Of a stretch of DNA of 64,000 bases, positions 52,454-61,502 are shown one piece after another. The stretch is from assembly GCA_963678065.2 (NCBI GenBank), contig CAXXVZ010000005.1, positions 768,001 to 832,000 on the forward strand. The letters are read 5' to 3'. This stretch comes from Treponemataceae bacterium. GTDB taxonomy: Bacteria > Spirochaetota > Spirochaetia > Treponematales > Rectinemataceae. Made by a program: the position numbers and the translations under genes. Position 1 is the stretch's first letter; each line of letters starts with the position of its first letter. The notes under the pieces are model-generated. The model was not told where the DNA came from, made no database searches, and saw nothing but the letters and a program-made list of their open reading frames with translations.

Positions 52454-52675
52454 ACGATACACTCCATATATGCATATACTAGTCATATACTATATGCACT
52501 GTCAAGCGAATCCTGTATTTTTCTCCTCTTCACCAAAACTTTCAGCTAACGTTCTGCCTGTTTGCGACGATGGCGTGAGCATCGGCGAGCGCCATTGTGC
52601 CTGAGCGGAATGAGCGTATGCGAGTGGAGCGATGGCCGAAGAGGGAGCTTGCGACCGATGAGCGTGAACAGCGCT

Positions 52676-52807
52676 GTTAGTTGCAGTCGTGACCTTCGAG
52701 CGCGCTTGGATGGGGAGACTTGTCTCCTCATCCAATACTCTATCTTGCGCGCGTTCTTCTCTTCCTCTTCTCTTACCCTTATTTTTTCTTTCACGATTGC
52801 AACTAAC
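52676..52807. other. ORF-less hairpin cassette copy 12
   Basis: Near-identical to copy 1. Confidence 0.9.
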
Positions 52808-52933
52808 GTTTCCGGCCTGCGACGTTTGCGACCGCATCGGCGGGCGCAAATGTGTCTGAATGGAACGAGCGGATGCGAGTGCAATGAAGGCCGAAGAAGG
52901 AGCCAAAGGCGACTGATGAGCGTGGGCCGCGGT

Positions 52934-53440
52934 GTTATCTGCTTTGTTTTTGGGGCTCATCCATTTCCTTTTCTTCATTTAAAAAACTTTTCTTTTTTAC
53001 TTCTTCAATCTTACCCTTATATACTATATTTATATATTTTATACAGATGTCGAATATTTTAATTATCTATATTATAGTTATTTAGTGGTTTTTCTCATCA
53101 AATATTTTATTATTATATTTTAAGTCCATGATTTTGTATAATAAGTATATATTACAGTATTAACCAATACTCTAAATTTCAATATTTATAATTTTTATCC
53201 AACAATAAGATCAGCTTTGAAAGATCCTTATCTTCTCCTGGAATCCCATATTCAAGAATCCCATATTCAAGAATTTTAAATTCATAATCCCTAACATTTC
53301 AGAAGCTACATATTTTCCCAAGAGATCAATACTGGATTAACAAAATATCTGGAATCTATGATTCTAGTTTTTAACAATTTGTCGTCATTCAGAATAACAA
53401 TGTTCAACAAAAGATCCGCCCCAAAAATATTGCAGATAAC
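52934..53440. other. Long AT-rich ORF-less cassette related to 45652-46264
   Basis: Shared ends TTTTTGGGGC / GTCATTCAGAAT...AGATCCGCCCCAAAAA, and a 15-bp tandem duplication at 53241-53270. Confidence 0.75.
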
Positions 53441-53569
53441 GTTTGCCTGCCTACGACGTTGTGGCGAGCATCGGCGAGCCACAATGTGCCTGAATGGAGC
53501 GAGCGTATGCGAGTGGAATGAAGGCCGAAGAAGGAGCCGATAGGCGACTGATGAGCGTGGGCAGTGCTG

Positions 53570-53989
53570 TTAGATGAAGTTTGCGCGATCTTTTACTAGT
53601 TCCAAATATTCATTTACTCTACATATCTTTATGGTTCTAAATTCTTTTAATACCAACAAATCATCATCACCAGTCACAATATATTTAACGTTTCCTTCAC
53701 AAGCACATTCTAATATTTTATCATCATTATGATCTCGACATTGATTTTTCACTATTCCAGAAATTACTACAATCTTTGCTATGTCTTCTATGGCTTTTAC
53801 ATAATATTCTATATTGTAATTTTCTATTTTGAACTTTGGTCTTTTCAGTACAGTACATAATTCTTCAAGTATTTCTCTTGAAGTAAACAACTCATCTATT
53901 CCTTCAATACTTCTCTCAAGCACTCTTCGAGGATTCCCGCCCCAGAAAAATGCAGAAATGAAGATATTCGTATCCAGGACAACTTTCAT
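53570..53989 (-). CDS. PIN family putative toxin
   Basis: VVLDTNIFISA...CRD..DDKILECA...IVTGD.DLL. Confidence 0.9.
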   Translation of the reverse strand: MKVVLDTNIFISAFFWGGNPRRVLERSIEGIDELFTSREILEELCTVLKRPKFKIENYNIEYYVKAIEDIAKIVVISGIVKNQCRDHNDDKILECACEGNVKYIVTGDDDLLVLKEFRTIKICRVNEYLELVKDRANFI

Positions 53990-54225
53990 TTTTTGTTCCG
54001 GGCACTTTTAATCTCTTTCATGATATCTTCCTCCAACACAGCAAGTTTCGGAGCGATGCTTTCACCGTACGAAAAAATACTTTGCCAGCGTTGTTTTTTC
54101 TCAATATACATTCTGGCAGCTTCTCGTATTAATTCAGACCGGGAACGAGCTTCATTCTGTGCAATTTTGTCTATTTGTTGCAAAAGATCCTCTTGAAACG
54201 ATATATTTACGGTTGATACTGCCAT
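53986..54225 (-). CDS. CopG/RHH antitoxin
   Basis: VNISF...LL..ID..A....RSRSELIREA. Confidence 0.85.
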   Translation of the reverse strand: MAVSTVNISFQEDLLQQIDKIAQNEARSRSELIREAARMYIEKKQRWQSIFSYGESIAPKLAVLEEDIMKEIKSARNKK

Positions 54226-54422
54226 AATTTTCTCCTATCAATAATATACAATCTTTGTATATTGGAATCAATACTCCTCGCGCAAATTTCATCTAACGTT
54301 CTGCCTGTTTGCGACGATGGCGTGAGCATCGGCGAACGCCATTGTGCCTGAGCGGAATGAGCGACAGCGAGTGCAGCGATGGCCGAAGAGGGAGCCTGCG
54401 ACCGATGAGCGTGAACAGCGCT

Positions 54423-54813
54423 GTTAGTTGCAGTCGTGACCTTCGAGCGCGCTTGGATGGGGAGACTTGTCTCCCCATCCAATACTCTATCTTGCGCGCG
54501 TTCTTCTCTTCCTCTTCTCTTACCCTTTTTATTTTCTTTCACGATTGCAACTAACGTTCTGCCTGTTTGCGACGATGGCGTGAGCATCGGCGAACGCCAT
54601 TGTGCCTGAGCGGAATGAGCAAAGCGAGTGTAGCGATGGCCGAAGAGGGAGCCTGCGACCGATGAGCGTGAACAGCGCTGTTAGTTGCAGTCGTGACCTT
54701 CGAGCGCGCTTGGATGGGGAGACTTGTCTCTCCATCCAATACTCTATCTTGCGCGCGTTCTTCTCTTCTTCTTCTCTTACCCTTATTTTTTTTCTTTCAC
54801 GATTGCAACTAAC
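54423..54813. repeat. Two tandem ORF-less hairpin cassettes (copies 13-14: 54423-54555, 54680-54813)
   Basis: Near-identical to copy 1. Confidence 0.9.
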
Positions 54814-54956
54814 GTATGCCTGCCTACGACGTTGTGGCGAGCATCGGCGAGCCACAATGTGCCTGAGCGGAACGAGCGCATGCGAGTGCAGCAATTGGAA
54901 ATGGCAAGTAGTTTTCCCCACCATATGGCAACTAGGAATCCCCACCCGGTAGAGGG

Positions 54957-55697
54957 TTATTCCTCCTTCTTTGCAGAGATGCGATATGACTCCCCTGACA
55001 GGGAGAAAATCTTTGCGTGATGCATGAGACGATCCAACAGGGCTGCGGTCATAACCTCGTCGCCCATGAGTTCTGACCAAGAGTTCAGGTCCTTGTTGCT
55101 CGTCACGACGATAGAGGCACGTTCATAGAGATCCGAGACGAAGGTGAAAAAGAGATTGGCTTCCTTGCGCTCGATAGGAGTGTAGCCAATCTCATCAATG
55201 ATCATGAGGTTGGCCTTCGCGAGCCGGCTTAGCCTGAACTGAGCGCTGCGTGCGGCGTCAGAGCGCACGAGGAGCTTCACCAGTGAGGTCATGCGCTCGT
55301 AACAAACCGAATAGCCTTTGCGTACGGCCACATGGCCAAGAGCGATTGCGAGATGGGTCTTTCCGAGTCCAGGAGGCCCGAAGAGCAGAAGGTTCTCGTG
55401 ACGGTCTATCCAAGAGCACTCGGTGAGCTCAGAGAGGTCTCGTTTTCCAATTCCTGCTACTCGGCCGAGTTTGAAATCCTCGAGGCGCTTTACGACGGGA
55501 AAATGGGCCATGGCGAGGCCTCGTTTGAGGCGCCTGTCGCCGCGATCCTGTAGTTCGACGTCCACGAGGGTCTCGAGGAAGGCAAGGCATGTCAGTCCCC
55601 CGCTTTCAGCTTGTTTAAGAAGCTCAGGAAGCCGTGACGACGCGCCACGAAGCCGCAGGGACTCCAGTTTACGAGCGGATTCTGCGAGGGCGCTCAT
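54957..55697 (-). CDS. istB: IS21 helper ATPase
   Basis: As copy 1. Confidence 0.93.
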   Translation of the reverse strand: MSALAESARKLESLRLRGASSRLPELLKQAESGGLTCLAFLETLVDVELQDRGDRRLKRGLAMAHFPVVKRLEDFKLGRVAGIGKRDLSELTECSWIDRHENLLLFGPPGLGKTHLAIALGHVAVRKGYSVCYERMTSLVKLLVRSDAARSAQFRLSRLAKANLMIIDEIGYTPIERKEANLFFTFVSDLYERASIVVTSNKDLNSWSELMGDEVMTAALLDRLMHHAKIFSLSGESYRISAKKEE

Positions 55698-57241
55698 TCT
55701 TCGTGCCTCTGCGTATCGACGAGCGCGTCGAGGAATCGCTGATACTCGCTGACCGAGCGTGTGGCAACTAGTGGAAGGTCTCTGGTTTGATGAAGGCCGC
55801 GGTACGGCGAAGGCGCCACTGCGGGCACTGGCGTCGTGCTGTTGACCGCGTCGATGAGATCCTGGGCGCTTGCAAGTCCTCTATCCAGGCAGAACTTCAA
55901 TGCAAGCACGAGTTTCTCTCTGTCGATGTTGCGCTTGAGAAGCTTCCGAAGTCGGCCAGCGTGCTCCCGGAAGTAGCGTCGATACTCGGTATAGATACCA
56001 TCGACGAAGCTCCCCCACTCGGGAAGATCATCTACTGCGGCGACAAGATCCGCGCGGAGCGTTTCCTGGGATCCTTCGCGATCGCGATAGTGAGCCTTGT
56101 CCAGCACCGTTCCGCCGGGTGTTGCCGCTTCGCGATGCGCCGCGATCTGGATACCCGTCTTCGTATCGAATACCAGGATGAGTCCGTCCTTGCGCTCGAT
56201 AGTGACCTCGTTGAGCCGGTACGAGTTCGGCACCGAGTACCTGGTCGCGGCGATCGATATAAGGCTTTTCTGATCCACGTTACGGCTCTCTCGGCAGCCC
56301 GATGCGGTGTCCGCGCGGAAAATAGACGCTCGGAGCGCCCGCAAGATGGGTTTCTCGTGCGCTTCGAAGTCCGCGAGCGGCATGAGACGCGTGGCTTGGC
56401 TCAGTTTTGCGTTCACTCGTAAGAGCCATTTGCGCATGCCTGCCTGGAGTTCGTCGAAGGTCGCGAAGCTGCGGCTCGAGAAATAGCTCGTTTTGACGTA
56501 TTTGACCGCATTCTCGACCTTTCCTTTCGATTCCGGATCGGCCGCACGGCAGACACGAAGCCGCAGTCCCTGTTCTGCGACGAACTCAGCAAAGGCTTTT
56601 GTCGTCGTGAGGTCGCCAAGGTTTTCCGTCACAATCATTGTCCGGTCCTGATCCATGACGAGTTCTTCGGTGATACCGCCAAAAAACTCGAAGGCGTCCA
56701 GGAGATGGCCGATCACATCCTCGCTGGTAAAGGGCCTGGATTGGGCCGCTACGTAGCGGTAACGGCTTCGTGAGAGTACTACGACAACAAACCAAGCCTT
56801 TCCGATGTTCGTCGTCTCTACGCCGAAATCAATCTGAGCCTGCTTGCCGTAGGCCAGAGGCTCCACAGGACGATATTCCCGACACAGGCCCACCTTAATC
56901 GCACCGGATGCCTTGAGATACGTCAGGTAGTTCCGCAACGTACGGTCCGAGCCTGGAAGCTCTCCGTATTTCTCGCTTAAGTAGTCGTGGACGGACGATG
57001 AGTAGACCATTCTGCCTTCGTGGTTCTTTTTAAAAATCTCGAGGATTTCGTCCTTGTAGACCGAAAAAGCCTTACCGCGTTCTGCCATTCGCTCGAGATA
57101 CCGTAAGAATTGGTCATTGTCCATGCGCAGGTACTTTCTCACGGTCTTGCGGTCCTTGCCAAGTTTTACCGCTAGTGCGCTGACTGTGAGTCCTTGCCTG
57201 TGCCCTGTTCGTACGATGTTGTAGTCCTTCATGGTAATCAT
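55694..57241 (-). CDS. istA: IS21 transposase
   Basis: As copy 1, with one V/I difference. Confidence 0.93.
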   Translation of the reverse strand: MITMKDYNIVRTGHRQGLTVSALAVKLGKDRKTVRKYLRMDNDQFLRYLERMAERGKAFSVYKDEILEIFKKNHEGRMVYSSSVHDYLSEKYGELPGSDRTLRNYLTYLKASGAIKVGLCREYRPVEPLAYGKQAQIDFGVETTNIGKAWFVVVVLSRSRYRYVAAQSRPFTSEDVIGHLLDAFEFFGGITEELVMDQDRTMIVTENLGDLTTTKAFAEFVAEQGLRLRVCRAADPESKGKVENAVKYVKTSYFSSRSFATFDELQAGMRKWLLRVNAKLSQATRLMPLADFEAHEKPILRALRASIFRADTASGCRESRNVDQKSLISIAATRYSVPNSYRLNEVTIERKDGLILVFDTKTGIQIAAHREAATPGGTVLDKAHYRDREGSQETLRADLVAAVDDLPEWGSFVDGIYTEYRRYFREHAGRLRKLLKRNIDREKLVLALKFCLDRGLASAQDLIDAVNSTTPVPAVAPSPYRGLHQTRDLPLVATRSVSEYQRFLDALVDTQRHEE

Positions 57242-57407
57242 TTCTTGTGCCGCATGCTCGCAAGCATAGCGGCCAAGGCCCCTGTGGGTGGGGAATCCTA
57301 TTTGCCAACTGCTGGGGAATTCAGTTTACCATTTCCAGCAGCAATGGCCGAAGAAGGAGCCACAGGCGACTGATGAGCGTGGGCAGCGCTGTTAGACGAC
57401 GTTTGGG

Positions 57408-57797
57408 CTAGTCTTCAGTACTTTTTTGTTTTGGAAAATACTTTACATCTTTCATATTTTCAAAATGTTTATCTTGCGTATACAAAACACCATTATTCTT
57501 TACGGTAATTGCATAAATTAGACTATCTGCCATCGGAAGTTTTTTTTCAATACTTATTTTTGCAGCATATAAGGCAATACCTTCATCAATATCAATAACA
57601 CTGCCTTGTTGCATGTGCGCAATTGCTATCAAGGCATTATCTTCATCTTTTTCAAGTTTGATTTTTTTAAATACTTCATATAATACAATTACTGGTACGA
57701 TTAGTTTATCAGTTTCTTCAATTGCTACGGAGAAATATTTTGCCCGATCACTTCCTGCGAAATATTCCAGCCATGCTGAAGAATCAACGACGTTCAT
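57408..57797 (-). CDS. vapC: PIN/VapC toxin
   Basis: VVDSSAWLEYF...MADSLIYA...TQDKHF. Confidence 0.9.
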   Translation of the reverse strand: MNVVDSSAWLEYFAGSDRAKYFSVAIEETDKLIVPVIVLYEVFKKIKLEKDEDNALIAIAHMQQGSVIDIDEGIALYAAKISIEKKLPMADSLIYAITVKNNGVLYTQDKHFENMKDVKYFPKQKSTED

Positions 57798-58000
57798 AGT
57801 CTATCGGCCTCACGTATGATTGTGGTATCGATTCCCTTCAGAAATCCATGTAACTTTTTGATAGAATCTATTGGAATCATTTCTATTCTATTTCCATATG
57901 ATATGATCTCAACGGTTGTTCCAGCCTTCAGACCAGATTTTTCTCTAACCTCTTTCGGTATAACAACCTGAAATTTGGGGGATACTTTGACTGTGCTCAT
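57794..58000 (-). CDS. AbrB/MazE-type antitoxin
   Basis: VSPKFQVVIPKEVRE..GLKAG. Confidence 0.88.
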   Translation of the reverse strand: MSTVKVSPKFQVVIPKEVREKSGLKAGTTVEIISYGNRIEMIPIDSIKKLHGFLKGIDTTIIREADRL

Positions 58001-59259
58001 ATGATTCCTCTCTTTCATAGAGGATACTCATCGTTTCATATTTTGTCAACCATAATCATGATCGATCAACATTATGTACTCATGTTTTGTTTATTATACT
58101 ATTATATAAGTAGTTAGATGTCATTTTCTTTTCTTCTAGCCCAAATGTCGTCTAACGTTCGCCTGCCTACGACGTTGTGGCGAGCATCGGCGAGCCACAA
58201 TGTGCCTGAGCGGAACGAGCGCATGCGAGTGAAACGAAGGCCGAAGAAGGAGCCGCAGGCGACTGATGAGCGTGGGCAGTGCTGTTAGGCGAAGTATTGA
58301 TTCCGTACTTTTTCAAATATCTTCGCGCCGAACGGCTGGAAGCCGAGGCGCGAAGATTCATTATTTCATTAACCAATCATTTAATTCTTTGATAAATTGC
58401 TTCATCGCTTCATCATCAAATGCAGGTGTATGCCCCATAGTATCTATGTACCTATATTCAAAGTTCGTGTTTTGTATATTTTTTTGAAGATATTCTACAG
58501 ACTCTACTGGACTGCTCCAATCAAGTCTACCTTGGTAAAACAGTACTGGAATTTTTATCGCTGAATAATACTCATATGGTCTATATTTAAAAAAACTGTT
58601 CCATCGTAAATATGACCATCCCATATATTGCTTTTCAATGGATTCTGGATAAGTGTTAATTTCGTTTACTATTTCATCGACTTTTTTGCATTCATCCCTA
58701 TAATTCTCAGGCATTTCGATACTTGATTTTGCCAATATTCTAAAGCATTCGTATTGATCGAGCCCACCAGCTCCAATCACTATTGCCTTTTTAATTCTAT
58801 CTCTTTGGTTGAGTTCAGCATATACTTTTGGTAACAGTAAACCGCCTTCCGATGCCCCTATTATATAAACATTCTCATATTCACTATGTTTTGCTAAGTA
58901 TGCATCTATACTTTTGCAATAGGACTTTACCAGATTATCAACAGTATAGTTTTTCAGGAAAGCCGAATCATTTGAATGATTCTCCCCTATTCCAATAAAT
59001 AGTTTTTCAGGAATAGCAATTCGGTATGTATGACCAAAATACTTTGAAATGAAGTATCCGAAATTGACTGAAATCCATTTACCTTTTTGTTTTTCTCCTA
59101 ATACTGAAGCAGTTCCACTTCCTTCAAGATAAATTAGTAGGTCTTTACTGTTTGCTCCAACTTGATAAAGATGCGTTTTATCATATTCTTCAATTTTCAA
59201 ATTGCTATAGACGCTTTTTGTAGTAACACACGAACTAAGCAATAGAATACTCAAGATTA

Positions 59260-60567
59260 GGCATCGCGCCAAAATAATTTGACTGCTTTTATTCTTTAGT
59301 CGGAAGCAAAGCATAGTTCCAATCGCCATGGAATTTTGCCTGCTTAATGTTCAGGGCAGCAAGTTCTTCATCACTAACCTTGATCCCGAGTGGATACGAA
59401 CCTGAATCCAATTCTGCGCATATTTTCAGTCCCGCTGCAGTGGTTGTATTTGCAATCAATTGAATAATTACCTCGTGGCTAATCAACGGTCGGCCTCGCC
59501 AGTTCTGAGTGATATGGCAAAACATTCGGTGCTCGATTTTATTCCATTTGCTGGTACCTGGTGGAAAGTGACACACGTGAATTGACATTCCAAGCTGATT
59601 CGCTAATTCGTGCAATGCAAGTTTCCAGAGCCGACATCGACTACCGTTGCTGCCACCACCATCAGCGGTAATCAGCAATTCTTTTGCAGTACGATACCGT
59701 TTCACACCCATTTTTTCCCACCAACGTCGGATGGCTTCGGCAGCAAAATGTGCGGTATCGTGGTCGATTCCTACACTGACCCAGCCCTTGTTTTCGCTTA
59801 TATCGAAGACTCCGTATGGTATGGCCTTGCCCAGCTCTGTATCAATGAAGTCATGAACCATTACAGATTCCGGTTCACCTTTGGGACGCCATTCTCGTCC
59901 TCCATTTCGAAATTCCCCAATCAATTCTTTCTTTTTCGTATCTACCGAGATAACTGGATTCCCTTTACGCTGAAACCGCTTGACCATGGTGTTGATATAC
60001 TCAAACTGCGCATTTCGATCCGGATGCGACGTTCCTTCTTTGGTCTTCCGATTGCTCTGTAGACTGTAGCCTTCCGCGTTCAGTAGCCGTCCAACCGTGC
60101 GCGGGCTTACTGTGTGCCCTTGTCGTGTAAGCGTATCTGCAAGATTACTGGTGCTCAGGCACGTCCACTGTAGTGGCGACTCTGGATCACCCCGTGTCAT
60201 TGGTTCAATTAAGCTCGTAAGTTTTTCCCTTAACTCGGGATCGTTTTCACTGCATCGTTTTCTTCCACCGCCTGGGAAACGTACGCGAGTGCGTATCTTC
60301 TCGTGCGGATTACTTTCGCGTAATGCCAGCTCATTCATTCCTTTGCGTATTGTGTTCGGCGACATCTTAATCGCGGTATTGACTGCCTGTATCCCACCAC
60401 GACCATACGCTCTTGCTTCAGCCGCCGCCCATTGACGTCGCATTCGTTCATCCATCATGGGCACAAGTGCGTTGTACTTGGAAGCTATTTGTTTTACCGT
60501 TGCCTGATCTTGCATACTTCATTATAATATAATCAATATATTAGTCAAGTTATTTTGACGCATTGCC
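59260..60567 (-). mobile_element. ISAzo13-family IS, copy 3
   Basis: Same TIRs, DR TTA. Confidence 0.92.
59289..60515 (-). CDS. ISAzo13-family transposase
   Basis: Identical to copy 1. Confidence 0.93.
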   Translation of the reverse strand: MQDQATVKQIASKYNALVPMMDERMRRQWAAAEARAYGRGGIQAVNTAIKMSPNTIRKGMNELALRESNPHEKIRTRVRFPGGGRKRCSENDPELREKLTSLIEPMTRGDPESPLQWTCLSTSNLADTLTRQGHTVSPRTVGRLLNAEGYSLQSNRKTKEGTSHPDRNAQFEYINTMVKRFQRKGNPVISVDTKKKELIGEFRNGGREWRPKGEPESVMVHDFIDTELGKAIPYGVFDISENKGWVSVGIDHDTAHFAAEAIRRWWEKMGVKRYRTAKELLITADGGGSNGSRCRLWKLALHELANQLGMSIHVCHFPPGTSKWNKIEHRMFCHITQNWRGRPLISHEVIIQLIANTTTAAGLKICAELDSGSYPLGIKVSDEELAALNIKQAKFHGDWNYALLPTKE

Positions 60568-60872
60568 TTACTGCACTAAAAACGAAGTTGAGCTGTTTAT
60601 ATGTCTTCATGATTTATAAACAATTATGTATTCGAATTGTTACTACAAATTGTTCGAGCCCGACGGCCGGAGGCCCGGGTGAGACCTAAAACACTTTAGC
60701 AAGGAATCAATATTTCGCCTAACGTTTTGTGCCTCTGACGTGTGCGTCCGCACAGGCGGGCGCACATGTGCCTGAGTGGAGTGAGCGAATGCGAGCGTAA
60801 CGAAGGCCGAAGAGCCCTGAAAGGGCGATGAGCAGGGGCACGGTGTTAGGCGAAGTAATGTGGAAATCTCAA

Positions 60873-61502
60873 TTATTTGCCCCTCCACTTAAATGCCCTT
60901 CTATATCCCTCCATCTCAGCATCTGAAATATTATATTTGTAGATTATTTTATCACTATTTTTCATAATGATATTATCATATTGTTGATCCATCGGGAGGT
61001 GATAAATAAAAGTCTTATTACCATAATCATCTCGTCCAATATGACACTTTATCATTGGGTAATCGGGAATATCTATATTCTCTTCGAATCTTACATTTAA
61101 TGCATTTGCAAATGCCTTTGCGACACTAGATAATTCAGTATGAGTAATAAAATAACCTTTTATTGTTCTTTTTTCTTCAGGATGCTCAAGTTTATATAAA
61201 ATAGTAGTTCCATACAATTGAGCTATATGTTTTTCATGAATCATTTTAGCTTTTGCCCAATACTTGCATTGAATTATTAATATTTCTTTTTCATTATGCG
61301 CAATTAAATCACGCCCTAAATCTTCAAGTTTTTTGTGTATTCCATAATATTCTACCAAATATTTATTATTTTCAAACCTATATCCAATGTATCTTTCAAA
61401 ATCTCTTCCAATTTCCCATCTCTTTTTTTTACGATTTTTGTATATTTCTAGAGCAAGAATACTTTTATCAACATTCGTAAGTTCTTTAAAATCTATACTA
61501 TT
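60873..61502 (-). pseudogene. Mrr-like (PD-(D/E)xK) restriction endonuclease domain protein, 5'-truncated by IS
   Basis: Frame stays open to the IS edge: WEIGRDFERYIG...DLGRDLIA...IIQCKYW. Confidence 0.75.

Larger units (their letters stand above)
54896..57337 (-). mobile_element. IS21-family element A, copy 2, inside attC
   Basis: 8-bp DR GCAGCAAT, nearly identical to 20042-22483. Confidence 0.92.
58361..60610 (-). pseudogene. Duplicate of lipoprotein hydrolase 31483-32421, interrupted in the signal peptide by ISAzo13
   Basis: Cassette 58284-60723 matches 31406-32534 plus the IS. Confidence 0.88.
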
